A DNA stretch of 64,000 nucleotides from an uncultured virus (IMG/VR IMGVR_UViG_3300022468_000843) (lineage: Duplodnaviria; Heunggongvirae; Uroviricota; Caudoviricetes), in IMG/VR virus record IMGVR_UViG_3300022468_000843. One strand, given 5' to 3'. Of this stretch, positions 35,848 through 46,108 are shown piece after piece. Positions within the stretch are counted from its first letter, which is position 1. Each line of letters starts with the position of its first letter. A program made the translations under genes and the position numbers. The notes under the pieces are model-generated. The model was not told the origin of the DNA. It saw only the letters and a list, made by a program, of their open reading frames with translations, and ran no database searches.

Positions 35848-36118
35848 TTACAAAGCTCCCAGGGGCGCCACATCGCCAGAATCTTGAGGTCACGGCCTGG
35901 ACGACGGAGATTGCCAAAAGCAGGACTATGGTCTCGATGGACGGTCGCCAGTTGGGCAGGACGAGCGGCGCAAAAAGCGAGAGGACGGCCGCGACGGTGA
36001 GCAGGTAGAAGGCGGCCAGAATCCCTGCGTGTGTGTTGTTGTCCGTTTTCACCGACCGGCAAAACTGGCTGTAGAGCAACGCCAGGGACAACACGACATG
36101 AATGAATGTGAGGCTCAT
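35816..36118 (-). CDS. Holin-like membrane protein
   Basis: Three hydrophobic segments upstream of endolysin. Confidence 0.65.
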   Translation of the reverse strand: MSLTFIHVVLSLALLYSQFCRSVKTDNNTHAGILAAFYLLTVAAVLSLFAPLVLPNWRPSIETIVLLLAISVVQAVTSRFWRCGAPGSFVNDRDNHSEVG

Positions 36119-36513
36119 CGCTGCTCCTTGTCGGACGCTGCAGCAGCGCCGCCAATGCCCTTTGCCACGACCGCAAGGCCCTGACGCAAAGCGGAAAGCA
36201 CAGGCCCCCATCCATTACCCAGCGCGCCGATGAAGAACGCGACCACGGCCATGCCGTGGACGGCTGGGAACTCGTAGGTCTTCTCAAGGTACCAGGCCGC
36301 AGACGTGGTGAGCACGACGGCGGTCGACACAATGCGCAGAAGGAAGAAGGCCCCGGAAACCCGGGTGGTATTTGGCATCACCGACAGGGGCCACATAGCC
36401 CCCAGCAGCGCGCACATCACAATGACTGCGTAAGGCCCAAAGAAGGGCCCGAGCAGCGCGGTAAGAAAGACCGTGAGCGTAACGCCCGCGGCCGTCGATG
36501 TCGGTTCAGCCAT
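36115..36513 (-). CDS. Holin-like membrane protein (MAEPTST)
   Basis: Multi-TM; first gene of lysis cassette. Confidence 0.7.
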   Translation of the reverse strand: MAEPTSTAAGVTLTVFLTALLGPFFGPYAVIVMCALLGAMWPLSVMPNTTRVSGAFFLLRIVSTAVVLTTSAAWYLEKTYEFPAVHGMAVVAFFIGALGNGWGPVLSALRQGLAVVAKGIGGAAAASDKEQR

Positions 36514-36519
36514 GCCGAC

Positions 36520-36535
36520 ATTCTTCCATCACGAC
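36520..36535 (-). promoter_or_regulatory. Late promoter motif, lysis cassette (leaderless)
   Basis: GTCGTGA TGGA AGAAT + 6 nt + ATG. Confidence 0.7.
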
Positions 36536-36539
36536 GCCG

Positions 36540-37310
36540 CTAGGTCTTGATGAGGTAGTTCACCACGATCGTGGGCTGCACGTTCGAGTGCGATCCGCTG
36601 GATCCAGCAGAACCAGAGGTGTCGCCCGCGCTGCCTGGGACGCCATTCAACGGCGAGTTGTCGTTGAATCCGGTGTACCCGAGCTGCGTGGGTGCAGCGG
36701 GCGCTGTGACGGTGTGGGTGTGCGCCGGGATTTGATCAAGCGACAGCGCGTGCACATGCGAGCCACCAACAGCGCCCAGCGTCGCTCCGTCGACCACGGC
36801 AAAGCGGATGGAGCCAGACCCGGTGGCCGTCGAGTTCACCGACAGCGTCACGGCGGTGCCGCTGGTGATTGCGGTGATGACAGCGCCAGTGCCGATTCCG
36901 GTACCGAAGGCGCGCATGCCGACCGACAGACCAGCGGTGCTCGACAGCCCGGTGATGCTGCCACTTGCGGTGCTGACCCTGGTGCCGGTCAGCGTGACAT
37001 TCAGCCGGTTGGCGGCCGAGCCGCCCATGTCGTCCTTGCCCGCTGGTACGCGGCCGCGCATGTCCGGCAGGTTGAACGTGGTAGACCCATCGCCAACGCC
37101 ATGCGTGACGCCGATCGCCGCAAACAGCGCCGCAAAGGTGGCGCGGCTTACCGCCTGGCCGTGGCAGAACAGCCAATCCGCAGGGGCGGAGGCCCCGCCG
37201 AACGGCACCATGGTGCCAGCAGGCACGGACGCTGGCAGCGCGAGCAGATCCGGGCTGATCGTTGTTCCAGACGCCCCGAACATCGTTGCAATTCTTCTAG
37301 CAAGGCTCAT
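36540..37310 (-). CDS. Tail collar domain protein
   Basis: PAG..VPF.G..AP.DWLFCHGQAVSR.TFAALFA..TTFNLPDMRGR; NVQPT..NYLIK. Confidence 0.88.
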   Translation of the reverse strand: MSLARRIATMFGASGTTISPDLLALPASVPAGTMVPFGGASAPADWLFCHGQAVSRATFAALFAAIGVTHGVGDGSTTFNLPDMRGRVPAGKDDMGGSAANRLNVTLTGTRVSTASGSITGLSSTAGLSVGMRAFGTGIGTGAVITAITSGTAVTLSVNSTATGSGSIRFAVVDGATLGAVGGSHVHALSLDQIPAHTHTVTAPAAPTQLGYTGFNDNSPLNGVPGSAGDTSGSAGSSGSHSNVQPTIVVNYLIKT

Positions 37311-38011
37311 ACACCTCCCTGTTCGACCGTTGGGGTTGCCGGTGCATTCTTGCCCCGGATCAGCGAGAACTTGATCATGACGATGGGCGCGCGGCGGCGC
37401 AGGCCGCCCACGGCCATGGCCAGCTTCACGCCCATGTTGCGGCGGATCACCAGGCCGAAGTGCCAACGCTCCACCGAATAGATCGACCAGTGGCCATCCA
37501 GCTCGTGCACCACCACGCCGGGGTGGCTTCGGTCGGTCGCCTTGTCGCCCCACCACTGCAGGCGAGGGCGCATCTCCGGGGTGATGGCGGGTCCGGTATC
37601 GGACGCCAAGCGGGACGCCATGTTGCGCGTGCCCAGCCAGAGCCAGCGGTGCCACTTGCTGCGTGGGTGGCTCTTGCCGAAGTAGCTGTACTGGCGCGCG
37701 CTGTCGTCCAGCGGGGCGGGCTGCAGCTCGGCGTAGGTGCCCTCCTTATTGTCAGCCCACAACCAGACACCGCGGTCCCCGTTGATCGACACGTCGTTGT
37801 CGTAGTTCTTCCAGCGCTCAGGCAGCGCATCGGCCTCGAACGGCACCTTGCCGGTCAGCAGCAGCCAGCCCACCACCGCCCAGGCGGTCAGCTTGTGGCG
37901 CGCAATCCCGGCGTCGGCGTACTGGCGCTCGCAGTTTTCCATGTAGGCCAGCGCCTCGGCGTGGCGGGCCTCTGGAACACCGGCGGCGATCAGGTAGTCA
38001 AGGTAGTTCAT
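37307..38011 (-). CDS. Hypothetical Trp-rich phage protein
   Basis: D.SINGD.G, RWLWL..RN motif. Confidence 0.7.
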   Translation of the reverse strand: MNYLDYLIAAGVPEARHAEALAYMENCERQYADAGIARHKLTAWAVVGWLLLTGKVPFEADALPERWKNYDNDVSINGDRGVWLWADNKEGTYAELQPAPLDDSARQYSYFGKSHPRSKWHRWLWLGTRNMASRLASDTGPAITPEMRPRLQWWGDKATDRSHPGVVVHELDGHWSIYSVERWHFGLVIRRNMGVKLAMAVGGLRRRAPIVMIKFSLIRGKNAPATPTVEQGGV

Positions 38012-38535
38012 AGCAGGCGGGCGCGGACAACGACGCGCAGGGTTCGTGGATCAAGCAGGTAGGCATCCTCGGCCGGCACGCCGAACATGCGTGCGCACAC
38101 CTCGCTGCACATGCCGCGCGACAGCTTCTGGGGCAGCACCCACAGCAGGAAACGGGCGATGGCTTGCCAGTCGTAGAGGCTGCCGGCGTTTTCGCGCGCC
38201 CACAGCGCGGCGCGCAGCGGGTCGGCGCTGACGTCATCGAGGGCCCAGTGGTCGCCGCTGACAACGATGCGCTTGAAGCGCACACCGCCAAAGCGGCCAG
38301 CACGGCGGAACCCGGGCGGCATGCGCTCAAGGCCCACGCTGGAGCAGCACCAGAGCGCGCCGTTGGCGTCCGGCTCCAGGCTGCCATCGGGCATCAGCGC
38401 GGCGACAGCGGGCCCGTCGCCGGGCTCGAACACCACCTCGCTGTGACTTTCGCGGCCGCCCAGACGCAGGCGGATCAGGATATTGCCCAGGCCCATGATG
38501 CCGGAGCGCGTGCCCACGTAGGAAGCCAGCTTCAT
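38008..38535 (-). CDS. Permuted papain-like (NlpC/P60-related) protein
   Basis: SHSEVV ... YDW ... CSEVC. Confidence 0.7.
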   Translation of the reverse strand: MKLASYVGTRSGIMGLGNILIRLRLGGRESHSEVVFEPGDGPAVAALMPDGSLEPDANGALWCCSSVGLERMPPGFRRAGRFGGVRFKRIVVSGDHWALDDVSADPLRAALWARENAGSLYDWQAIARFLLWVLPQKLSRGMCSEVCARMFGVPAEDAYLLDPRTLRVVVRARLL

Positions 38536-38544
38536 ACAGTCCGA

Positions 38545-38997
38545 TCAGGAAAAGTACAGTTTCCGCAGCGCCAGGTTTTCGGCCAGCGTGACGGGCGTGT
38601 TCAGCACCGCATCGGCCTGCTCTGCGGTCAGCAGGGGCGTCGCCAGCGTGCCCAGGCCCGGCAGCGGCTGGCCGGCCAGATAGCCCACTGTGGCCGCCAC
38701 ACGCGGGTCTTTCAGGTCGATCCACTTGCGGCGCGCGAAGTCGGCGCGGATCGCCACGAAGCCGGCGGCAGTGGACGTGTCGATGGTCACGGTAGCAGCG
38801 CCGCCCAGGCGGTCGGTGAACGGCCCGTGGTCGATGTACCAGGCCCACTCGGGCTCGGGTGGTGTTGGCTCAGGCTGGCTCTGCAGCTCCGCAAGACGCC
38901 AGCGCCCGGGGTGCTGAGCCTCCACGAAAGCAAGGTCGGCCTCGATGATGTTCGCCACCGCGCCGCCAGCATCCAAAATTTCATAACGTGAATACAT
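38545..38997 (-). CDS. Tail fibre-associated/chaperone-like protein
   Basis: Follows Gly-rich fibre gene; F.DR, WIDL motifs. Confidence 0.55.
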   Translation of the reverse strand: MYSRYEILDAGGAVANIIEADLAFVEAQHPGRWRLAELQSQPEPTPPEPEWAWYIDHGPFTDRLGGAATVTIDTSTAAGFVAIRADFARRKWIDLKDPRVAATVGYLAGQPLPGLGTLATPLLTAEQADAVLNTPVTLAENLALRKLYFS

Positions 38998-39000
38998 GGT

Positions 39001-39957
39001 TTATGCCTCTACAAATTCCAAAACCACAAACCCGGAACCGCCGTCGCCGCCCCTGAAGCTGCTGTTCACGGCTGCGGATCCACCACCGCCGCCCCTGCCG
39101 CCGTTCCCACCGTTGCCACCAGCACCACCGCCACCGCCGCCGCCGCCACCAAAGGCTCCAGCAAACCCAAATTGGGCACCACCACCAGCACCACCACCAC
39201 CTGGCAGGATAGGACCACCAGAGTAGGTCGTACTGCCTCGCCCAGACACATTGATGAGCAGCCTGCTGTGTGCGTCTGTCGACAGCGGAAGCGCGAGAGT
39301 GCTCGTGCTCCCGAGCAAATCTGGGCCGGGTACGCTACCCACTGCCGGGCCACCGGCGCCCCCACCTTGTCCGACGTTCACGGAGCTAACGCCGTTGCTG
39401 CCGTTACCGCCTACCCCGGCACCACCGCCGCCGTTCTGTCCGTTATCCCCACCACCGCCGTTGAAACCAGCGCTGACGCCCTCCAGGATGGCCGCTGACC
39501 CACCACCGCACCCGTTCGACTGCCCGTTGAATCCGCCGATGCCGCCGAGCCAGAATTGATCCACGCCGGTCGGTGCAGTGTTGGCGGGTGGGGCCGACGC
39601 CAGTAGGCCGCGCTGACCACCGGGTACGTTCGCATTCAGGCCGTTGGGCCCTGTCACCGTGGTGGCGCCACTGACGGAACCAATCGTACCGTTGGCACCA
39701 GCACCACCCGCTCCAATATTTACAACGATGCTGTCGCCCGCCGTTACGTTGACCTTGACGAAAGCAACCGTGCCACCGTTCCCGCCACTCGCGGCATTGG
39801 TGGAACCGGATGCCCCGCCAGGACCACCCGCCCCCATGATTCGAGCTAGAACGGTTCCGGTGAATGGCGCAACAACCGTCCTGCTGCTGGGACAGAATGC
39901 CAATGCCGTGCGCTTCCCGGCCGCAGAAGATGAACCGCCTCCATTAGAACGTCCCAT
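39001..39957 (-). CDS. Glycine-rich receptor-binding/adhesin-like protein
   Basis: GAGGPGG, GGGGG runs, GGDGGSGFVVLEF end; start MGRSN. Confidence 0.75.
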   Translation of the reverse strand: MGRSNGGGSSSAAGKRTALAFCPSSRTVVAPFTGTVLARIMGAGGPGGASGSTNAASGGNGGTVAFVKVNVTAGDSIVVNIGAGGAGANGTIGSVSGATTVTGPNGLNANVPGGQRGLLASAPPANTAPTGVDQFWLGGIGGFNGQSNGCGGGSAAILEGVSAGFNGGGGDNGQNGGGGAGVGGNGSNGVSSVNVGQGGGAGGPAVGSVPGPDLLGSTSTLALPLSTDAHSRLLINVSGRGSTTYSGGPILPGGGGAGGGAQFGFAGAFGGGGGGGGGAGGNGGNGGRGGGGGSAAVNSSFRGGDGGSGFVVLEFVEA

Positions 39958-39959
39958 GA

Positions 39960-40289
39960 TTAAGCCTCCACGCCTTCGACCTGCACGGTCACGTTGACCA
40001 GATCGCTGCGCGCCCACAGCTTGTCGCCGGCGGACAGCGGGATGCCGCTGCGGATCAGCGGCGTGCCGACCGCCACAACGGCGTCGAACTCCATCCAGTC
40101 GGTTGCAGCAGGCGAAGCGCCGACACCGCGCGCCAGGCGCGCCTTGGCTGCAGCCGTGCCACGGTTGACGAAGGCCACGGTGACGCTCGCGCGCCGGCTC
40201 GCCGGGCAGGTGTAGATGAGCGTGTCGGTGGCGGCAGCAAGGTCGAAACCGCTGACGCCGCCGGTGATTCCAGAAAGTCCGTTCGGCAT
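39960..40289 (-). CDS. Small tail fibre-associated beta protein
   Basis: YTCP...N...LSAGDKL...VEG.E. Confidence 0.65.
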   Translation of the reverse strand: MPNGLSGITGGVSGFDLAAATDTLIYTCPASRRASVTVAFVNRGTAAAKARLARGVGASPAATDWMEFDAVVAVGTPLIRSGIPLSAGDKLWARSDLVNVTVQVEGVEA

Positions 40290-40298
40290 AGTTTTCCC

Positions 40299-41336
40299 TT
40301 ACAAATTCAGCATGAAATGCAGCTCAGGCGAGCCCAGCGCGAGCGCGGCGTCACCACCGGCGCGCGTGTAGCTCACGCACCGCCAGTTGCCGCCGCCCAG
40401 CGACACAAACACCGCCACATCACCGGCGGCCGTGGTGACGTTCAGGCCGCCCGGCAGGATGAGACTGACGGCGTTGTGGGTGAGTGTCAGCGCCCCGGCA
40501 AAGGCCAGCGTGCGCTCGACGCCGGACGCCGCGGTACCGAAGCCGGTGATGGTGGTCGTGCCGGTGATGGTGACGTGGTTGCTCGTGGCGAGGCCGATGT
40601 TCACCGTGGTGGCGCTGGCCACCGAGGTGAAGGGCGCGAAGTTCAGGGCGCCCACCAGGGTGTCGCCGTTCTTGTTCACAGCCTGCGCCTCGGGCAGGTA
40701 GATCCAGCGTCGGAAAATCAGGGTGTCGCCCGCAGATGCGCCCGCCGTCAGCGTGACGGTCGCCCCGTTCGCCGCGGTGTAGTCGTCGCCGTTGCCGGCC
40801 TGGAACACGCCGTTGTGGTAGACGTCGATCTGGCCCGGGGCGTAGCCACCCGACACCGCAAAGACAGTTTGCCCAGCCGTGGCGATCATCACCACATCAC
40901 CGTACACAGGCAGGCCGGAGCCAGGACCGCCGCCAGCAACCGACATCGTGCCATCGGGGCCCATGACCAGACCCGACCCTACCTTGACGCCGCCCAGCGT
41001 GGTCGGGGTGGCTGCAGGCAGTTGGTAGGCCGGCGCAATCTCGGCGTAGGCCGAACCACCCCAACGCCACTGGCGCACGGGGGTGGTGTCAACGGTCACA
41101 TAGATGATCCCGGGCACACCCGTCGCCGGCAAGGCAGCGAAGTTCGCGACCTCCAGCACATCGTCCACATAAGCCGGGAGCTGGCCAGCCGGGATTTTGC
41201 CCCCCACCAGGTCAGCCTTCGCAGGCAGCGCTGCGTCGATCGCCGTCAGCGCCGACCGCAGGCGGGCAATGTCCTCAGTCTGCAAGTCGTTGACGTTGGG
41301 CAGTTGCAGCCCAAGGTTCGGGGTCACATCAGACAT
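40299..41336 (-). CDS. Mosaic tail fibre protein
   Basis: QLPAYVDDVLE, LPAATPTTLGGVKVG, ATAGQTVF, SLILPGG.N.TTAAGD modules. Confidence 0.8.
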   Translation of the reverse strand: MSDVTPNLGLQLPNVNDLQTEDIARLRSALTAIDAALPAKADLVGGKIPAGQLPAYVDDVLEVANFAALPATGVPGIIYVTVDTTPVRQWRWGGSAYAEIAPAYQLPAATPTTLGGVKVGSGLVMGPDGTMSVAGGGPGSGLPVYGDVVMIATAGQTVFAVSGGYAPGQIDVYHNGVFQAGNGDDYTAANGATVTLTAGASAGDTLIFRRWIYLPEAQAVNKNGDTLVGALNFAPFTSVASATTVNIGLATSNHVTITGTTTITGFGTAASGVERTLAFAGALTLTHNAVSLILPGGLNVTTAAGDVAVFVSLGGGNWRCVSYTRAGGDAALALGSPELHFMLNL

Positions 41337-41343
41337 TCAGGCC

Positions 41344-42570
41344 TCACAGCACGATGACGCGCAGGTTGCGAACACGAGGGCGCGCGTTGAGCGTGCCGTT
41401 CAGGGTCAGGCGCACTTTCACGCGGGCCTCCATCACGGCCGTCTTTTGGAAGGCGTACTCGTAGAGGCCGTCCTGGTTGTTGAGCAGGATGGGCGTCCCC
41501 AGCGCCGCCATGCTGGAGAAGGCGTCTCCGCCATCCACGCCGGACACCTCAACGCCCACGGTGGAACCGCTGGGGATGATGGCATCGATGAGCACCTTCA
41601 CCGTGCAGCCGGCGGCGTCCGCGTTGACCGCGTTGGTCACGTAGGTGCCGGTGTTTTGCACGATGCCCTGGATGATCTGCGTTCCAGGGTACAGCGCGGC
41701 GGACCAGTTCTGATCGGCGCGCAGCCGGGCGCGCACGTTGACGACGCCGCTGGTGGGCGCCGCGAACGGGATGCGCTGATTGTCGCCAGACTTGACGATC
41801 GAGCCATCCGGTAGGGTGAGCTCCAGGTCGCCGGTGGCGTTGCTGCTCGGGCTTTCCAGCAGGGTCAGCGCCAGCACCTCGGTGGCGCCGGCAAGGGTGA
41901 CAGTGCCCAGGTCCACCAGCCGCGAGGTTTCGGTGTACTGGCGGACATACAGGCGGAAAGCCAGGTCGCGATCCTGGAACGCGGTCCAGGTGCTGGCATT
42001 CGACGAGGCCAGCAGCACGCCCACGGTGTAGGGCTGGGTTGTCACCCACTGCTGCCGCGTGGCGTCGTACTTGCCCAGCTCGGCCATGCCCAGCGCGGAA
42101 TCGGCGTCGTTACACAGCACGACCAGCGAATACTCGGTACCGGCCTCAAGGCGCGCAGGACTGCGGAAGGTGAGCTTGTTCCATGCGCCAGCGACCAGCG
42201 TTGCTGGGTCGATACGCGCCTCGGCGATCACCGTGCTGGTCGGGAAGCCCACCAGCGTCTCGCGAATCTGCACGGCCACCGTGGTGGCGCCCACCGCCGT
42301 GAAATACAGGTCCACGGCTTCGAGCTGGACGGCCTCGAGCATCGTGAACGTCTGCGCCAGCGGGTCCACGCGCTGCTCCCACATCGTTGTGGTGATCTGC
42401 GTGACGATCTGGCGGACCTCATCGATCCGGGTGCCCTGCCCGAAGAAGCTGGCGCGGCCAAAGCTGCCGTTGGCACCAAGGAAGGTTGCCTCCTTGGTGC
42501 CGGCAGGGATGCCAGCAGGGATCGTGAACTTGCCGGAAACAACGCCGGAAGGGTTTGCGATAACGGTCAT
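41344..42570 (-). CDS. Baseplate/tail structural protein
   Basis: DPLAQTF, SSNASTWT..QD.DL.F. Confidence 0.75.
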   Translation of the reverse strand: MTVIANPSGVVSGKFTIPAGIPAGTKEATFLGANGSFGRASFFGQGTRIDEVRQIVTQITTTMWEQRVDPLAQTFTMLEAVQLEAVDLYFTAVGATTVAVQIRETLVGFPTSTVIAEARIDPATLVAGAWNKLTFRSPARLEAGTEYSLVVLCNDADSALGMAELGKYDATRQQWVTTQPYTVGVLLASSNASTWTAFQDRDLAFRLYVRQYTETSRLVDLGTVTLAGATEVLALTLLESPSSNATGDLELTLPDGSIVKSGDNQRIPFAAPTSGVVNVRARLRADQNWSAALYPGTQIIQGIVQNTGTYVTNAVNADAAGCTVKVLIDAIIPSGSTVGVEVSGVDGGDAFSSMAALGTPILLNNQDGLYEYAFQKTAVMEARVKVRLTLNGTLNARPRVRNLRVIVL

Positions 42571-42584
42571 TGAAGCTCCAGGAA

Positions 42585-44513
42585 TTAGGGGGCGACGGCC
42601 GCAACGGTCAGGCCGTCAAACGTGACGGCGGCGAGCGCCTCGCCAGCGTCGAAGCCTTCAAGCCGGAACGTCACCTCGATCTGCCGCAGGTTTTCAATCA
42701 GCGAGCTGGTCGAGGTCGACAGCGTTTGCGATGTCTGCGTCGTGGATGACGTGTTGCCCCAGCCCATCGTGAACCGTTCGGTGATTGGGCTTGCCCAGGT
42801 CACGTTCGTGGTGGTCCAGCGGTCGATTGCCGGGGTTAGCGTGACGAGCGCAGGCAGCGCGCCGAAGCTCATGTACGGGTTGACCTTCATCGAGCCGGTG
42901 CGCGCTTCCTGCGCCAGCGCCAGGCGCTGTGTGCGGGCGCAGGTTTGAGGCGTGGTGACATCGGCGTTTGGCGTCAGCACCGTGCCGGCGATCGGCAGGA
43001 TCAGCTCGCCGTTGACGATGGCGGCGGTCTGTGGAATGCCCTGGTCGCGCAGGCTGTCGTCCAGAAACGGATCGACGAACAAACCCTTTTTGGCGGCGGC
43101 ATCGCGCTGCGCGGCATCGCCCGCGAGCTTCTGCTGGGCAACCAGGTTGATGACCACATCGAGCCGGCGATTCAGGGCCTCAAGGTCTTGCATTGGAACC
43201 ACGCGCACGCCGTCGTTGATGACGTAGCTTGCAGAGGTCCAGAGCTGCACCACCTGGGCCAGCGGCAGCAGGTTGCTCGGGATGCTGGGGCGCACCGGGT
43301 CGTAGTCGGTGGACGTGCCCTCCACCCAGACGAACTGGCCTTCTTCGTTCAGGCACAAGCGATCGATGCGCGGCAGCTTCGTGTTGTAGCTGGCCTGAAC
43401 CAGGGAGCCAACGACGGCGCCGGTGATCGTGAAGCCGTTGTCGTCCACCAGCGTCGGCACCACGGTGGTGATGTACTGGTAGGTGACCGAGTAGGTCGAG
43501 CCGTTCGCCGGCTCGGCGCCAGCGGGCGTCCAATCCACCTTGCCAGCGGTCAGCAGGTAGTCGGCAGGGCTGTTGTAGGTCGTGCCGCCCTGGGACACCG
43601 AGACGATGGCCACCACGGATGTGTCCGGCAAAGGATCCTGCGATCCGGTCACCGACCCGTGAACGATATTCACCGTCCTCTGCGCAACGATGCGAACTTG
43701 CGTGATGTTGGCGATCGGCGGGCGCGCGACGTTGATTCGCTGGGGGCCAATCGTCGTCGATTGGGTTGGCTCCGAGTCGATGAACTTGGTCACCGGGACG
43801 GCGTTGTAGGGCAGGCGGCGGCTGGTATTCAGGTCCATGCCGAAGCCGTTCACGCGAGCGCGACCGCTGCCGACCGAGTACACCTGGTAGCCGTCGAGGC
43901 GGTCAGCCAAGCGCGTAACCACCAGGCCGGACACAACGTAGCTGCCACCCGCGCTGTCGCGGTCGTAGCGGGCCAGGGCCTGCGTAACGCTGTCTAGCTG
44001 GGGTGGCGGCTCCTTGGCGTCCAGAATGCCGTCAGTGACGGTGTAGACGGGGAAGAACTCGCCAGGCTGGGTATCGCCACTCCAGGCCCACACGGGCAGC
44101 AGCTTGGTGCGCTCTGCGCCCAGTTGGTTGTAGGCGCGCGTTCCAGGCGCTGGATCCAGAAGCGCTGGGTCTTCGAGCGCTGTGACGATCGACTCCTGCA
44201 GGCGGATGCCGATGGCCACGGTACCGACGATGGGCACCGTGATGGTGGCGGGCAGCACGCCGCGCACCGCGCCGCGCAGGTATACGGCGCCAGCTTCGCA
44301 ATTGGCGACGCCGGTGTCCGGATTCACCACAATCCCGGCATCGCGAATGATGTTGCCATCCTTGAGCAGCGCGTCCGCCACGCCTTTCAGCTTGTAGCGC
44401 GACCGCGATTGCAGCTCGTTAAGCTCGGCGGACTGCAACGGGCGACCGGGGACGAACCGGTGGTCTTCGTAGTCCTTGGACGGATCGAAGCGGTTGTAAA
44501 TCGTGGAGGTCAT
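42585..44513 (-). CDS. DUF4815-like baseplate/tail protein
   Basis: F.PGRPLQSAELNELQ; GLFVDPF. Confidence 0.8.
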   Translation of the reverse strand: MTSTIYNRFDPSKDYEDHRFVPGRPLQSAELNELQSRSRYKLKGVADALLKDGNIIRDAGIVVNPDTGVANCEAGAVYLRGAVRGVLPATITVPIVGTVAIGIRLQESIVTALEDPALLDPAPGTRAYNQLGAERTKLLPVWAWSGDTQPGEFFPVYTVTDGILDAKEPPPQLDSVTQALARYDRDSAGGSYVVSGLVVTRLADRLDGYQVYSVGSGRARVNGFGMDLNTSRRLPYNAVPVTKFIDSEPTQSTTIGPQRINVARPPIANITQVRIVAQRTVNIVHGSVTGSQDPLPDTSVVAIVSVSQGGTTYNSPADYLLTAGKVDWTPAGAEPANGSTYSVTYQYITTVVPTLVDDNGFTITGAVVGSLVQASYNTKLPRIDRLCLNEEGQFVWVEGTSTDYDPVRPSIPSNLLPLAQVVQLWTSASYVINDGVRVVPMQDLEALNRRLDVVINLVAQQKLAGDAAQRDAAAKKGLFVDPFLDDSLRDQGIPQTAAIVNGELILPIAGTVLTPNADVTTPQTCARTQRLALAQEARTGSMKVNPYMSFGALPALVTLTPAIDRWTTTNVTWASPITERFTMGWGNTSSTTQTSQTLSTSTSSLIENLRQIEVTFRLEGFDAGEALAAVTFDGLTVAAVAP

Positions 44514-44518
44514 CGCGC

Positions 44519-45004
44519 TCAGAAGGTAATGACAACCGAGAAATTCTCAGTCGTCTGGGGGTTGCGGAAGATCGGCACCAGGTTCTCGCTGTAGACCATC
44601 AGGCCGGGGTTCGTGACTTCGCCCGGCGTGAAATACGCCTGCCCGGGAGGTAGCCCCGCCTGCACGACGGTGTCCGAGAAAATGGCCACCTCGCGAACCA
44701 CCGAGCTGCCAGCCTCGGTGTAATCAAAGTCCACCGACACAAACAGATGCCGGGTGGGCGCATTGCCTGGCGAAGGGTTGTACTTGCCAGACGAGACGCT
44801 GATAGAGCCGTCGGCGGCCGGGACCACGAAAAGCCACTGCGTGGCAGTGCGGCGGCCAAGCTCAGCGATCAGCGAAGTGGCGGTCGAAGACTCGGGCGGC
44901 GGCACGAGCCACGCACCGTCGCCGGAACCCCAGGCGACATGCAGCGGGAGCTTGGAAATGGCGCTGGCAATCGCCGCGCGCCCGGACATCGGAAGGGTTG
45001 CCAT
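44519..45004 (-). CDS. Baseplate/fibre-attachment protein
   Basis: AWGSGD..W, PTRHL, VREVAIF. Confidence 0.7.
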   Translation of the reverse strand: MATLPMSGRAAIASAISKLPLHVAWGSGDGAWLVPPPESSTATSLIAELGRRTATQWLFVVPAADGSISVSSGKYNPSPGNAPTRHLFVSVDFDYTEAGSSVVREVAIFSDTVVQAGLPPGQAYFTPGEVTNPGLMVYSENLVPIFRNPQTTENFSVVITF

Positions 45005-45022
45005 TGTGTACCTCTGGCAACG

Positions 45023-45038
45023 ATTGTGGCGTCACGAC
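45023..45038 (-). promoter_or_regulatory. Late promoter motif
   Basis: GTCGTGA CGCC ACAAT. Confidence 0.7.
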
Positions 45039-46108
45039 GAGCTGGTGTGACTTGAGCCGAGGACGGCGTTCTGGCTGGCCCAGGTTTCGTCCCGCCAGTA
45101 CAACGCGTTCCAATATTGCCCGGTGTACTCGACCGCGATCTCGTTGCGCACCCGACGGCGGCGCTCGAATGGGTCGTTGACCACCGACGTGTCCTCGATG
45201 TCCGAGAAGTCCAGCAAGGCCACATCCTCGATGACCGCAACGCCGGTGTGGCGGCGCCGCACAGCAAACTCCGCGGTGTACTCGCCAGGCACCTCGATCG
45301 ACGTGCCGATGCGCGCCATAGGCGGCAACACCAGCACGCCGGCAGGTCTGTTGCGCTCGATGATCGGCATCACGTCCGACCAGTCGATAGGCACCTCCGA
45401 GTATGGCTGGATGTAGAACGGACCCACGCGCGCGCCGTCCTGGAACTTGTCGCCCCCGCTGAGCACCGATTGATCCAGCCGGAACACCGAAGTCCAGGGC
45501 TCAAGTATCTGCACCACCTTGCCGGTGAGCTGCAGGATAGCCAGCTCTATCGCCAGGGCGTTGACTCGGATGCGGAAGGCCTCCTGCGGGATTCGAACGC
45601 GGTAGGCCACGTCCGACTCACCGGACAGCCGACCAACGCTGTAGAGCGAGCCCCAGAGGTCCAGCCACTCGCCTTCAGCCGTGGCGATCACCATCTGCAG
45701 CAGCGCCTGCCGGACCTGCTCGCTCGCAGCATTCACCTCGCCGGCGTAAGCTGTGAACAGCACCCACAGCAACGACGTAAAGGCGGTTACATGGTCGCCG
45801 TTGCTCTCGTTCTGAGCGCCCGAGCCCTCGGTCAGCACCAGGGCGGAGAAGCCGTCGAAACGCGAGCTGGTGTGCGCAACCGTGAACCCGTCGGCACGCA
45901 GCGCGGCGATCAGGCCCGACACTGTGAGGGTCCGCAGGTTGTAGGTGCGCACCAGCGCCCCGGCGCGCGCCGTCATGACGCCATCGCCGATCGACCAGGA
46001 CGCCCCGGCGCCATGGGTCAGGCGGAAGACGAGCTCGTCGGCGGCGCCTTTCTCGAAGACGGCGCGGTGCGGGTGGTCGAGCAGCCGCTGCAGCGTGGTT
46101 TGCGTCAT
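45032..46108 (-). CDS. Baseplate wedge protein
   Basis: TAEGEWLDLWG..R..ESD..YR.RI; RPAGV. Confidence 0.75.
   Translation of the reverse strand: MTQTTLQRLLDHPHRAVFEKGAADELVFRLTHGAGASWSIGDGVMTARAGALVRTYNLRTLTVSGLIAALRADGFTVAHTSSRFDGFSALVLTEGSGAQNESNGDHVTAFTSLLWVLFTAYAGEVNAASEQVRQALLQMVIATAEGEWLDLWGSLYSVGRLSGESDVAYRVRIPQEAFRIRVNALAIELAILQLTGKVVQILEPWTSVFRLDQSVLSGGDKFQDGARVGPFYIQPYSEVPIDWSDVMPIIERNRPAGVLVLPPMARIGTSIEVPGEYTAEFAVRRRHTGVAVIEDVALLDFSDIEDTSVVNDPFERRRRVRNEIAVEYTGQYWNALYWRDETWASQNAVLGSSHTSSS

Noticed and set aside
36540..41336. Diversity-generating retroelement or invertible tail-fibre cassette
   Set aside because: No reverse transcriptase, invertase or template/variable repeat pair noticed
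42570..42587. Read-through fusion of the two DUF4815-region genes
   Set aside because: 14-nt gap puts them out of frame and the second has its own GGAG RBS
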